A DNA stretch of 57,341 nucleotides, filler included, from Basidiobolus meristosporus CBS 931.73 (taxonomy: Eukaryota > Fungi > Basidiobolomycota), in assembly GCA_002104905.1 (NCBI GenBank). It is 3 parts of 3 records of this genome, joined end to end, with 100 filler letters (N's around TTAATTAATTAA, not from the genome) between each part and the next. Parts side by side here need not be neighbours in the genome. Positions count along the whole stretch, not along the records: positions 1 to 26,455 come from MCFE01000916.1; positions 26,556 to 45,905 come from MCFE01001033.1; 1 more part is not named here. The stretch is one strand, 5' to 3'. Under the pieces are notes generated by a model that ran no database searches, was not told the DNA's origin, and was given only the letters and a program-made list of their open reading frames with translations. Position numbers and translations under genes: made by a program. Positions 22,996 through 35,500 of this stretch are shown piece by piece (within the stretch, counting starts at the first letter, position 1; each line of letters begins with the position of its first letter).

Positions 22996-24160
22996 TGTTT
23001 TGATTGAGAGCTTAGTGTGTGAATGATGTCTAGCAGCAGGGTTGGCTCAATATATAGGCATCATTTCCACATTGTTGCACATACTTTTGTCGATAGTTGC
23101 TGTGGCTAGCTCTACAAATGGTTGTGCAAGAGAATAAAGTTACCCAGGTAATGTAAACCAGCTCAGAAGGTTACCTGGGTAATGTAAACCAGTTACACAA
23201 AGCTGCAGCATTATGGCATAGTGGTACAGAGTTAATGTGGTATTAATACACAAAAACAAAATCCATAAACAGGGTTGCTCATCAGACATGCTATTGTGTG
23301 GTGGTAGTTCTACACCAATAAAGCATCTTTGGCCTCTAACGGGAAAGTAAATCAGGACCTCGATATGCATAGACAATGTTGATAATTACGTTTAGTGTAA
23401 CATGTACATTCCATGGCTGTTGTGGCTAAGCAGTCTATAACAATGGAATGAGTGTGGATACTTTGATTACAGTCACTCTACCATTTGAGACTTAATCGAG
23501 ATATGCAAAGTCCTAGGTAACACTGTCGCTTATAAAGTATAAATGATGTATAGTATTGTTGCACATGGTCTGCGAATAATCACTTGTTAGCCGATGAATC
23601 TTGATTTTTAAGCCTTTGCAATAACACGCAAGTATTTGATACAACTTTAGTGTTTGTAGCGACTTGCTTCACGTAGAAGTATAATTTACATTACAAGTGC
23701 TTTGTATACAATGAATCAATAAGTGCTGTTCATTGTCAGACTAATACTCACTACAATTATTGTCCTTGTCAAGCCACAACAAAATATCCAGTTAGGCCAT
23801 CAGTCCATTTAAGTTGCTCATGTCTCTAGAGTGGTGCATCAGCTGTGGGTTAAGTATTGGCATAGTGGGGGGCAGAGATGATAGACCCAAATCGAGGCTA
23901 CAATCACTGCGTTGGTGGCAAGAAAACTGAGTATACAACACCGCAGGCTTGTTCATTCATTTCAATGAAGCCTTTTTGGATGAGAAATAGAAGCCACGCA
24001 TCCTCAATATTTTGGTGTATGCGTTGATATGCCAGGCAAACTCCACACTTTCCGTTATAACATGAGCTACGGGGAATCAAGTCGGCAATCTCCAGAATAA
24101 TGGTGTGTAAGTACTTCACCTGAAAATATCTTTGAAACAGTGTCTGTGGTACTAGGGTTA

Positions 24161-24293
24161 GGGGGGAGACAGTCACCAACAGGTGAAATCTTTATTTCAG
24201 TTGAAACAAAGAAGCCAGTGCTACTGTTGTAGCCTTGATACAAGAGTGTGTAGCTGAGGGGAATTTGTAGGTAAGTTAATAAGAAGTGATGAT
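24161..24293 (-). mobile_element. 3' fragment of telomeric LINE family A
   Basis: GGGGGGAGACAGTCACCAACAGGTGAAATCTTTATTTCAG... matches the 3' end at 53482; preceded by CTAGGGTTAGGG. Confidence 0.9.
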
Positions 24294-24990
24294 TGTTGTG
24301 CATCAACATTTAAAACTTAACCAATTTTACTCCGTTTGAAAATCTAGTACCCTAACTGATTTTCCCTAACCCAAACATAACAAATCCCAGTTACAGTTTA
24401 TTTTATCCCACCTCAGAATCTATTTTTAGCTATCACACCTGATCTATTTTCAAATGGTCATTACGTTATCAACCTATCTGCCAAGCCTTCCCAGGTGATT
24501 AGTCATCTGAGATCTATCCAACCACTGTGCAGTTGCCAAGACATCAGTTGATTGATGATGTAATTTTCATTTATCTTATGCACCTATGAACACCCAAATT
24601 GATTTCAATCAATCCAGTCCCTTGGCGCTGACTAATTCAACTTGATCAGAAAAGTATAAATAAAGTTTACTGAACCTTTTGGTTTAGTGTGTGTCTCAAC
24701 AAAATTAAGATTCTGTCTCAGCAAAAATAAGAATCCAACAATTCTGTTCTAGTTTCTATCCAAGCCTAGTATATCTAGCACTCCAAAGAACACCAAGCCT
24801 AGCCTGCCTAGCAAACAAATATCATTGCCTTTATAGCCAACCCAGCTATATCCAAGACCAATATTAGATCAGAATCTTTCTGCTAATATTTCCGCCACTC
24901 TCTGACAATTCTAAGATTCTGCACTTAATTGTCCCTTTGGTTCAGTTAAACCATTCAAGAGTTTTATTACACTTTCTCTTGGATACAACA
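24290..24990 (+). mobile_element. 5' LTR of a Ty3/gypsy-like element inserted into a LINE A copy
   Basis: TG...ATACAACA termini, homologous to solo LTR 9587-10263, followed 40 bp later by a gag ORF. Confidence 0.75.
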
Positions 24991-25030
24991 TTTTTTTCGT
25001 TGAATTCCATTACATTCAGCCGATTAGAAG

Positions 25031-26215
25031 ATGTCCTCAGCAGCAAGCAATCCAAACCTTTCCATGTTGGAAGAAGCCAGAAGAAATCAGGAAGAACTTA
25101 CTGAACAGCTTGAAAACATCATGCTTGAAAGAAATACCATGATGATTGAGCACTCAAAGCTTGCCAAAACAAGATCTGATAATCACCGTAGAGATGAACT
25201 CCTTGAAGTTATATCCGGTTACCAAGATGAAATTGGAATAATTAAGGAAGCACTGGAGAATATTGCCATAGTAATTGACAGCATTGAAAATCCACCAAGC
25301 CTTGCTCTGCATCAGCCACCAAGAAGTCATGCCTTTGAATCCTCCAGATCTACATCTCCTTCTAGACCTGCCCCGGTGGTTGTCCCAAGATCCTTGCCTG
25401 TTTATGCTGAAGGCACCAATGCCATCAAGAATCCAACTGAGTTTCTTTACAAGTTTAGTCACGTCTTAGCTGCACACCAGCTAGACCCTGACACCAACTG
25501 GGCTAGACTTCTGCCTCTCTGTCACACAATGCAAGATGCTGACTGGGTTGAAGTCAACATTCCTTCCAATAGTACGTGGAAAATTGCCCAAAACCTCTTT
25601 TGCAGCCATTTTGAAGATCCTCTCAAGAAAGCACATCTGAACTGCGACTTATGGAAAACTAAAATGCAAAAAGGTGAGTCTGTGCAACACTTCTGTGATT
25701 GATTCCAAAGACAAATGAGATTAGCTGGAGTTAGTGATGATAATCCATTGCTTACTGCTCATTTTCTTTCAAACTTTTCACACCAGCTACAGAGCAATAT
25801 TGCTATTGTCAAAGCATGCAACCCTGCACGTACCTATGACCAGATTTCAGAGATATGTACACTGGCAATCACCTTGACTGCAGCTGTTAGCCAGACTTCA
25901 GGCAGCTCAACCCAATACCCCACAACAGCCGGAAAAGAGACCAGTCATGTGACCAAGAAGCAGTCAACTGCTACTAAGCACTGTGAGCTTCATGGAAAAT
26001 GCTATCATTCTACCAGTGAATGCAAAGGCATCACCAAGCAGTCAAACAAGTCAGGAAACACCGCAGAAAAGCAGCAAAACACCAAAACTGATAATCCATA
26101 TGCTGATGACAAGTGCTTTAAATGTGGAAATAGGGGACATAGATCACCTGCCTGTCCTGAGAAGAACTCCACACCATCAGCCAAAATTATCCAGATCCTT
26201 GATGATCATTCAGGG
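25031..26215 (+). pseudogene. Retrotransposon gag, interrupted by TGA and truncated by the telomere
   Basis: ORFs 25031-25702 and 25715 onward are in the same frame (GAT-TGA-TTC, likely CGA>TGA); CFKCGNRGHRSPAC knuckle; runs into TTAGGG repeats. Confidence 0.8.
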
Positions 26216-26455
26216 TTAGGGTTAGGGTTAGGGTTAGGGTTAGGGTTAGGGTTAGGGTTAGGGTTAGGGTTAGGGTTAGGGTTAGGGTTAGGGTTAGGGT
26301 TAGGGTTAGGGTTAGGGTTAGGGTTAGGGTTAGGGTTAGGGTTAGGGTTAGGGTTAGGGTTAGGGTTAGGGTTAGGGTTAGGGTTAGGGTTAGGGTTAGG
26401 GTTAGGGTTAGGGTTAGGGTTAGGGTTAGGGTTAGGGTTAGGGTTAGGGTTAGGT
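26212..26455 (+). repeat. Telomeric (TTAGGG)n tract, contig 1 end
   Basis: About 40 perfect repeats, G-strand running 5'-3' toward the contig end. Confidence 0.98.
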
Positions 26456-26555
26456 NNNNNNNNNNNNNNNNNNNNNNNNNNNNNNNNNNNNNNNNNNNNT
26501 TAATTAATTAANNNNNNNNNNNNNNNNNNNNNNNNNNNNNNNNNNNNNNNNNNNN
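26456..26555. other. Artificial contig spacer
   Basis: 100 bp of N containing TTAATTAATTAA (stops in all six frames); identical spacer at 45906. Confidence 0.97.
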
Positions 26556-27228
26556 GGCTTTTTCTGTCTTCTAAAAGCGATCCAGGGCGACAAAAAAAAC
26601 GTCAATCCCATTAGTTGCATCAAGAACACGCTTTGCCACGCTTCCACTCTGTGTACCTAGGCTTTGAGAAAGCTCCTTGATCATCCTCACGCATTCTGCG
26701 AACCTTACTTCGTGTCCAGAATGAAGATAGAAATTCTTCATTACACGCCTTTACGTTTTTATATAGCTCTACATACTCGGGGGTTGCCGTAGTATTGGGT
26801 TGGTTGCATTCAAGAGGAGCGGCAAAAGAGGATGCAAGTATCAAAGCACTGGCTAAGAGGATATCTTGAGTAGACACTCCTCTACGGCCTTTATATTCGT
26901 TATTATACCTTCTTGGTTTATAAGTCACACAACATGCAACTTTAATATCAATCACGTTTGGGAAGAACCCAGAAATGATTTAAACAGTCTGGTTCATCCG
27001 GTATAAAGTAGTACTTTTCTTGGATTGGATTCATTACTAAGCCATATCTCTTACATTTGTGCATCGATAACAACAGTGTCTTGAACGACCATTACTCACT
27101 ACTCAGTATCATCTAGACAATTACGACAAAACAATAGGTAAAGATACTTTATGATGCTTGCTTCGAGCGAAGGTAGTACTTCAAGAATATTTGCTTTCAA
27201 ACTCTTTCGTAATGACCAAGTACAAGCT

Positions 27229-27310
27229 GGTGAGGTGGCCGAGTGGTCTAAGGCGCTGCGTTCAGGTCGCAGTCTCTTCGGAGGCGTGGGTTCGAACCCC
27301 ACCCTCATCA
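27229..27310 (+). tRNA. tRNA-Leu(CAG), empty (LTR-free) upstream site
   Basis: Cloverleaf with perfect CTGCG/CGCAG anticodon stem, CTC-TTCG-GAG variable arm, TTTT downstream. Confidence 0.95.
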
Positions 27311-27679
27311 TCCATTTTACTCTTAGCTTGCACAAAAACGATAAGAGGAAATATCACAATGCTAACAGTCACTGGGCAGTCTGTCAATCTCGAATCTTTG
27401 TGTTACCAAAGTCAATCCGGTATCCTGCCAGACATTCTCTCTAATATCAAGCTTTTCGGTGGAGGGCAGCATCACTAAAGACTGAGGGTGAGTATGTTAG
27501 TACGTAAGCGAATATCTAATATTAATGCTCGCAGCTCTGATCATGATACAGGTGTGTGCAAGTAAAAAGCTAATCACAAGTAACAACAAGTATAAGAATG
27601 TCATTTGGATTTTATTGATTGAGAATTTTCAGTTGTAGCGTGGTGATGACTACCTACATCTTCAGCTCATGCCATCGCA

Positions 27680-28177
27680 CTAATTGTATTGAACGTTTTG
27701 CTCTGGACAATCTTCTACGCATTGCATCTCTGCCACAGGGGTTGTGTATTGTATATCTTGGGTGGGCTGCATCAGGACGTAGGGAGAGAAAGAACTATCT
27801 TCCAAGTGTTCCGCTCCCTTTTGCTTAGCATATTCTAATGCATTGGCCCCACCCTCCAGTTCGAGACTGGGTCCTGCTTGATACTTGACATTGAAGCCTT
27901 TATTACTGTTGGCGTTAGCAATGTTCAGGTTATCGTGCTTTCTGGTCACCGTGGTGAAAACCTGGCGCAATAACGGGGATTGGACATTCGTCGTCTTAAC
28001 GACAGGCAAAACTCGAGCGTTTTGGTAGCAATCGCTCGCATACTGTGCACATGGTAAGCTGCGATAATGTACCCTTCTATACTCGCGAGTGCATGGAGAA
28101 GAACAGCCGATTGGGGCAGCAGTGGCAACTTGAAGAGCGGCAAGGCCTAGAATCACTGCTATGGTAGTAGAGCGCAT
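27680..28177 (-). CDS. Small secreted Cys-containing protein (165 aa), paralog of 17414
   Basis: Near-identical protein with signal peptide. Confidence 0.75.
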   Translation of the reverse strand: MRSTTIAVILGLAALQVATAAPIGCSSPCTREYRRVHYRSLPCAQYASDCYQNARVLPVVKTTNVQSPLLRQVFTTVTRKHDNLNIANANSNKGFNVKYQAGPSLELEGGANALEYAKQKGAEHLEDSSFSPYVLMQPTQDIQYTTPVAEMQCVEDCPEQNVQYN

Positions 28178-28538
28178 GCTGAAGAATAGCTGAGAAATAA
28201 GTTAGTTGCATACGACGCTATATAGCATGGGAGGCTATATAATAAGGTTAAACTGAGGGCATAAAGTGAGTATTATTAGATACATTTTGTTATGGACTTT
28301 ATTGAGGAAACCTGTAACATATAAAACACATGCGCTGGAATGACAGCCTCTGTATATATTATATGGTTCTATCACCGCTGCCCATAATTCTCTTCAATAC
28401 AAATTATGCCACTATTTACAACGATAAGGAACGCTATTTCTGCGTGTGCATATCAGTAAATTCTTGAATACTTGTACATCATCAGTATGCCTAGTAATAT
28501 ATTGCTCATTTTATTTCGTAAATTTGCTTTTACTGGAC

Positions 28539-29084
28539 TTAATGTCTGTTTCCACTGAAATATCTCACTTTGAAGTGGCGACGAGCAGATCTCTTATACT
28601 TCTTGTACCCACCTCTAAGCGCACGCGCTGCTGGCTGAGTGATGATAATTTGTGGCTGTTGCTGCTTGGGCTGGTACAGGGTTTGATCAATGACTTGCGC
28701 TTGGTCGAATTGGTTTGAGTTGGACAAGGCATTGGCTTTACTGGAGGAATGGCCATTGATTTTGTCCAGCAAGGCTTGGGATGGTTGAAGATTGGAAATA
28801 TCGAACCCTTGCAACCCAGAGAATCCTGGCTGCTCACCCGGAGTCTCGCTTGTCTGCATTGGAGCACTCATCTCCGAATCATCCCCCTCCTCAGTTGACG
28901 GCTGGTATTCTTGACTGGGGGCCGAAGTGTCCTGATAACAAGCACCCTGTTGTTCGACGCATGGTTCATTGGTGAAGGCTACCTGGGAGTCACCGAGTGG
29001 GGTAGCGGAGATTGCTTGCAACGAAGCGATGGCGGAAACTAGCAAGAGGAAGGAAAGCTGCATGACTGGCTGGTGGAGTCTCAT
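28539..29084 (-). CDS. Secreted Q/S-rich protein (181 aa), paralog of 18297
   Basis: Near-identical protein with signal peptide and basic tail. Confidence 0.75.
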   Translation of the reverse strand: MRLHQPVMQLSFLLLVSAIASLQAISATPLGDSQVAFTNEPCVEQQGACYQDTSAPSQEYQPSTEEGDDSEMSAPMQTSETPGEQPGFSGLQGFDISNLQPSQALLDKINGHSSSKANALSNSNQFDQAQVIDQTLYQPKQQQPQIIITQPAARALRGGYKKYKRSARRHFKVRYFSGNRH

Positions 29085-30401
29085 GCGAATTTTGCCGATT
29101 TATATCACCTCGATCCCACTCAATTAGGCTTCGTTCATAGCGCTAGCTTTATGCGAGCTAGATTGATTTAACCTTTGCTACTTTACCTCTTCGTACCAAG
29201 GCTACACAGTATAGGTTGCACTTCAAAGTGTGAGGAATGAGGGCGATCTGGTCAATGATATCCTTAATATCGTTCAAAATTCTCTCAGTTTTTGCAATAA
29301 CTATCCGTGTTAGTAAGGACTTCGGTAATTTTTTACTAATGAGCTTGAGGGTTACCGTCGAGAAAGTCCAAGGTCATTGCGGTCAATTTCAATGGGGTTT
29401 GGTACTCCTTTGTATCAGTGTAGTACTGTGAGCTTAACATGCACTTTTGGTATCTTTATTCCATCTTTAAGGCAAGTATCTCTTACGATAGTCCTGTCAT
29501 TGCCTGGAAGGTATTGTCCTTTGGTAGTGCTGTTTTCTTGCTATACACATGCTTAAATATATTGCTGATCTGACCCTGCCGCAACTGGAGAGCAGCCACC
29601 ACAGTCAAGCTTTGGGGCAGGCTTATTAAATTAACCTGTTATTACAAGAACCTAGGGTTGTCGCTGATTGGTGAACAATACGACTGTCATGGGGTGTACA
29701 GCACAGTACAGGCGAGAATAAATTGATCAGCTGTTTGCCAAGAGTTGGGGATATTGAGTGGATAGTGCTTGGGATAGTTGAGGCTGCCTTGGAATTTCTT
29801 GTTGTAGTACACGCGTTTTCAATTAGTTATTTGTCAAGAAACAAGCCAAATGTGCCTGTTCACTTTATTTGTGTTACGCTTTATCTATGCTGCTACCATT
29901 GATAGCTTGGATGGCGATGCTTTCTTGCAAGACACATGCACTTATCTATTGCAAACTTTACCCTGCCACAGATGGAGTACAGCGTCGGATTAAGAGCTCA
30001 GCCACCGACTACCACGGTCATTCTTTTGGGCAGGTAGATTATATAACCTGTTATTTCAAGAACAGACTCATTGCTGATTGGTGCAAATCCTTGTCACCAA
30101 TGACCGGCATGGTGCATAGAGACGGTGCCGGCATGAAGGAAATATTCATGGATGTGTTTAGCTAGTACTGGTTTCCTCAGGTAATATTGCAGATTTGGCC
30201 TCAACTGTAACCATTCATGATTTCTGGATCATTTCTCCAAGCTTGGCCTAAGACTCAGCACTTTAGGTGGGAAGCCGCTATACTTAGTAGAAATGGGCAC
30301 ATGAAGCAGCCAACACTAAGCCACCACCTGGATAAGGTGATATAAAGCAGCAGGTGTGGGCTTGTTAGTCTCAAGACTTATTGCACTCCACTTCCTCAGC
30401 C

Positions 30402-30620
30402 ATGGTATCCGATCAAGAAGCCCGTTTGTATTCTGCCGATGTCAGAGAAGAAATTGCCAGAGCCAAGAGAGCTAACAACGGAAACTACGCCTCGGTCACA
30501 GTCAAAGGGATTTGCTGGACTTGGAGAGGACCCGGAACTGGCGAGCTGTCCTTCAAGCAGATCCTCGAAGGGAGAAAGGGGACCGCCTGCGTGGATAGCC
30601 AGACTTGGATAATCTCGTAG
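30402..30620 (+). CDS. Small hypothetical protein, paralog of 20165
   Basis: Same TATAAA spacing and reading frame. Confidence 0.4.
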   Translation: MVSDQEARLYSADVREEIARAKRANNGNYASVTVKGICWTWRGPGTGELSFKQILEGRKGTACVDSQTWIIS

Positions 30621-31379
30621 GGTTTGGTTGGTGCTTGCGTAGCCGGTGGACTCTTGGAGATGTTACTGTTAAGGATATTTAGCTGAAACATTGCGAAATA
30701 AATTCATCCAAATCCGCATTCCTTTGACCTAGCTGTGATATGTTCAATGATGCAAAAAGAATTGCATTACAAACATCCAGCACATTTGCTACCTCAAGTC
30801 CACATAACAGTGACATTTGGTACCTTAAGCCTTGCACTTCCACAGTTTTCAACGATATATTATAAGTCACTGGAATATCCAATCCTCAATGCGTATTTTC
30901 TAAATCGTTGCATTATTAAGTCGGTGTGAATCTTCCCTTTAATAACTTATTGCATGGTTAAGCCGTGTACGTGTAACCATCGGTCCATGGAGATTTTGGG
31001 GCTGCACCGTCTTGGCTGCATAACTTACTGAGTGTCATTGTTGCAAGAGATAACAAGTGTGGATATAAGATAATATATACTGATTGTCGTGGGTGTCTTT
31101 GGCTTCACCACAGTTGGCCATCCAGTCTTTGCATCTGGTTCATGCCATGCTTGACCAATCCACTCAATATAAGCAACTATTCATCTGGATGGTGCGTGGA
31201 TGGTTTGTTACCGGTGTACAGTCAATCTGGATTGCTTGCTATAAATTGTTGCGGGCTGTATGGAAGAAGTGAGACGTCAAAATGCCGTAGTATTGAGTCA
31301 CCGTCTGGGCGGGATAGATATAAAGCAGCAGTTGTGGACTTGTCTGTCTTAAGACTTATTGCACTCCACTTCCTCAGCC

Positions 31380-31604
31380 ATGATATCTGATCAAGAAGCC
31401 CGTTTGTACTCTGCTGATGTCAGAGAAGAAATTGCCAGAGCCAAGAGAGCTAACAACGGAAACTACGCCTCAGTCACAGTGAAAGGGATTTGCTGGACTT
31501 GGAGAGGACTCACAACTGGCGAACTGTCCTTCAAGCAGATCCTCGAAGGGAGAAAGGGGACCGCCTGCGTGGATAGGTTTGGTTGGTGCCTACGTAGCCG
31601 GTAG
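31380..31604 (+). CDS. Small hypothetical protein, third copy with altered C-terminus
   Basis: Same N-terminal frame; a ~22-bp deletion near 31574 changes the C-terminus. Confidence 0.3.
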   Translation: MISDQEARLYSADVREEIARAKRANNGNYASVTVKGICWTWRGLTTGELSFKQILEGRKGTACVDRFGWCLRSR

Positions 31605-32444
31605 ACTCTTGGAGATGTTGCTGTTAAGGATATTTAGCTGAAGCATTGTGAAGTAATAAACATTCCTTTGACCCAGCTGTATTATGCTCATTGCACTTTA
31701 TCAAATATATGTGAATTGCTATTTTGATTGTCTAAGTGTACAACTGCCATGTACAGGCTAAACTTACAGCTTTCAGTATCTCAGGTTCTATTGTTTTTAC
31801 AGACAAGGATAAATATTTTCTCGGGGGTGAATAGGCTGAATATCCTTTCCACAAGACTTGGTAATATGTTATCGTGAAATTCACACCTACCAGGTGTGGG
31901 ACAAGTATTACTGTTGTCCAAGGTTGATGATTCTGTGAACAGAATAGGAAATTTCAAAGGCGCCTCCATTATATCTTTTTCGAATAACTGTCATACAGAT
32001 ACAACACGCTTTACAATACAGTTGAAAGATAAAGATGCGATATTGAAGAGTGTTATTGTAGGGATGTGTAGAGTTCAAGATTTAATGGCAACTACTTCAA
32101 CGAATATTCTTGGCGTTTTTTAGTTGCAGTGGAGAGTATTTCTTCAGATACCGGGAGCAAAAACGGATATTTTGAATAAACATTAAAGTGATTTAATGGT
32201 ATCACGGGCCCTGATCTTGGGGGAATAAATAGTCACATTCGTCTACTAATGTATTTATACTTATTGTCCAGCATCCACCAGAGGTTTTTGACAGAGTAGC
32301 ACTGTTATTTATACCGTTGTAAATGATGTGTAGCATGTATGGTTAGAATACCCCAACATATACTGTTTACTTCTTTATACAGCTACTTTGTATACTTGCA
32401 TTATTTCTAGCATTCAACATTGAACGTATTGGATTTATTGATTA

Positions 32445-32586
32445 TCAGATACAGCATCTCTGGCCAGACTTGCATCCGGTATCCCAGAATACTGATCTCC
32501 AACGCACAAGGAGCCTCTTGAGTTCCCTTGGGCTTGGCACGAGAGAGCATCTACGGAGCCGGAACTGGAGCTGGCCACAAGGAAGG
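32445..32586 (-). pseudogene. Deleted copy of the defensin-like gene
   Basis: Matches 21544-21707 but has an internal deletion in the mature region and lacks the start of the signal peptide. Confidence 0.7.
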
Positions 32587-35500
32587 TCTGTGACAACGGA
32601 ATGAGTGTGATGATACAGTCAATACCATTTGAGACTTAAAGCGGTAATGATATTCAATCGAGATATGCAAAGTCCTAGGTAACACTGTCGCTTATAAAGT
32701 ATAAATGAATCTTGATTTTTAAGCCTAGATGCTGCTATTTGCAATAACACGCAACTACTCTAACGGTAGTAGTATTAATGAAAGGACAAGTGTATGACTT
32801 GATATTCTACTTGTTCTCCCATTCATTTCCAATATCCCAAGACTCTCAATGCATTCTACTGCATAATCTGCACAAGTGCTCTTATATCCATGAAAGCTTG
32901 CTTATGCTCAATCACTTTTGTCTCCACAAGAGCATACATAGCTCCGCAGACTACAAGCAGTTGCTGTTACATTACAGGTTACATCAATGTACGTTGGATA
33001 TGTATTGATTAATACAAGTGCGTTGTTAGACTTTTAGGTAGCATTGGTATTGCCACTATTGCCCTACTTAGAGTTGAACCAAGAGTATTGGTGAAATGAG
33101 CAAAGTGCCATTTAATGAATCAATAAGTGCTGTTCATTGTCCTTGACAACAAAATATTCGGTTAGGCCATCAATCCATTCATTGTAAGATGAGCTATGGG
33201 GAATCAAGTCGGCAATCTCCAGAATAACCGTGTCAAACACTCTTCTTCCGGATTGAGCGTTTTCTTCGGCGCATTTGTCTACCCATAGACCATGGTTACT
33301 GAGATGTGAGTGTAATATACAACAATGCAAGGTATATTTTAAGAGAACACGTACGCTTTTGGACCTGGCTTACCGGAGTAAGGACTTCACCTTTGAAACA
33401 GTGTCTGTGGTACTAGGGGATCGAGCTAGAAGCGAGATAAATAGATTGATGATTACAATGCCTCTCTGTACCCCCCCCCACTGGCCCTATGCCCCAGCAC
33501 AGATAGCTATTGCCCGAAATCATTACGCAGGAGTGTCACCATACAGTCATTCCTGAGGTATGTGAGTGTGGTATGGGTCTACTAAGGAACAGTGAAGGTA
33601 ACTTAAAGCGATGGTAATGAATATTAAAGCATTGTAATAAATAATCTCAATCCCATAACTCTTAGCCCCTTCATTCTATCTTTCGCTAAATTTGAATTTT
33701 CGAATAAGTGAGCAGTTGGGTAGAGTGGCGTCTATCTGTAGCTCAAGCTTCTGGAGAACTGGTTGGGTGAAGGCTTGAGTAGTGGGTCCCTGCTGATGAT
33801 TTCGATCCATGTCGAGGGCGTTGTCCTCTGGAGCCTAGTGTTGACATTGGCATCTTCAAGTAATTGCGAGATGGCAAGGTTATTAAAGACTTGGGGAACG
33901 CGTGAGGCTGGCAACAGAGCAACGAAAACCAAGCGCACTGGAGCAGTCAGAGGTTGGCAAGTCTGAGTGGATGGTCACCAGTAGCCGCTACAATAAAGTT
34001 CGACTACCGACTTACTCTTTTCCTATTTTTATGCAAAGTTGTGTGCCCGCTTAAACATTGAGTTATGAATTTGATTTTAATCATCAGAAAACGGTAATCG
34101 TAATCAAACAAGTATGTCATTTTGCAATCAAAATTTTAAGTATTTTTCTTTTCATTGCTTGCTGATTTTCATTATGAATATGTAGCGAGAGAGATTGGTA
34201 TTTTGATTTGATTTTTCAATGATAGTTGGGTAACAACAAGCTGTCAGAATGTGCAGACCGTCCTCGCCAGGCTGTTGGAATAATCAGCCGGCAAGTTCAT
34301 CAACTGAACAGGTCCTATGGTCCCAAAAGACCGATTGGCCACTGCTCACACTTCCCTTTACGGACAGCGCACTACATGTCATCTACCAGCTTGGTATTAG
34401 TGTCTTTGTTGGGAAACAAAGACTGGGAATGTACTATATACATAATCCTGTAAAGTACAGTCGTAACGATACCAAACGACAGATGCTTCCTATTTATAGG
34501 AGAAAAATCGATAAAAATTTTCACTCATTTGGTGGACAAATCCCATAATATTGAAATCGACGAAAATAACAGTATTATATATACTACTCCGGACCAGATT
34601 AATTGACTATGAAATAACCAACTACGTGAGAACAGTGCCATTCCTGTGTGCACTCTTCAAGCCCTTGCTTGAGAAATCGTAGTATGAGTCGTTTTGCGTC
34701 TCACGAATAATGCAATCGTATGTTGACTTAAACCAAAAGTCACATTTACGCCCCCCCCAATATCGATGCAACTATTTACAGTTCGATGGAATGAGTACAC
34801 AAACATTGAAACTGGCGCTAAATAGGGCTCACTGACATCTCAAGGTAGGAGCCCACCAGTTCTCCAAATGCGGTAGTTGATACACAATGCTGATTGAGCT
34901 TCTCTACCCGGCTATGTTGCATGCACTATTCACCCTTACACCAACCAAATGTAAAGTGTCCCTGTTCCTCCGGTGTGTGTCGTTGTGAGGTATTGTCAAA
35001 TGTCGATTCTTTTTGGACTGGTACACTGTGTCTACCGTGGATTGATAGTCTATGATACTGTGAGAGTAGGGTAGTCGCGCAAAGAGGGCTTATTTGTCTT
35101 GCATACTCATTATTCTCAGTTTAGGTTGATTTATCTGTTAGGCGCAATTGTCGGCACAATGAGTGTATTGAATATTTTGCTCTTTCATGCATTGTGTCAC
35201 TATTACTGGGGCTGTGTACTGTGCATCTTGGGTGGGCTGCAACAGAACGTAGGGACAATCTTCCCATTTTTACATAGCTTCACATACTTGGGGGTAACAG
35301 TAATAATGGGTTGGTTGCGATCGAGAGGTTCTGCGTATGAGGATGCAAGCATGGAGATCATGGCGGCACCGGTCAAGATAATACTTCTTCAGGGCGTTTC
35401 TTGGTTGAGTTTCTATCGAATAGATTCTCCGTTTTCGTCTTTTATATTCGCATATTTAATTAGTGATGAGGTGAGGCTGCCAAGCTTCGATTCATTTGCA

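Noticed and set aside
26212-26503. GLGLGL / VRVRVR ORF tails (also ORFs at 45595 and 45638)
   Set aside because: These are translations of TTAGGG repeats and N spacers, not proteins.
26400-26620. Interstitial telomere or chromosome fusion
   Set aside because: The junction is an artificial spacer; the same applies at 45906-46005.
26620-26955. 111-aa ORF with an internal signal-peptide-like stretch
   Set aside because: Non-ATG start, near a contig edge, no homolog in the window; may be a partial or spliced gene but is unsupported.
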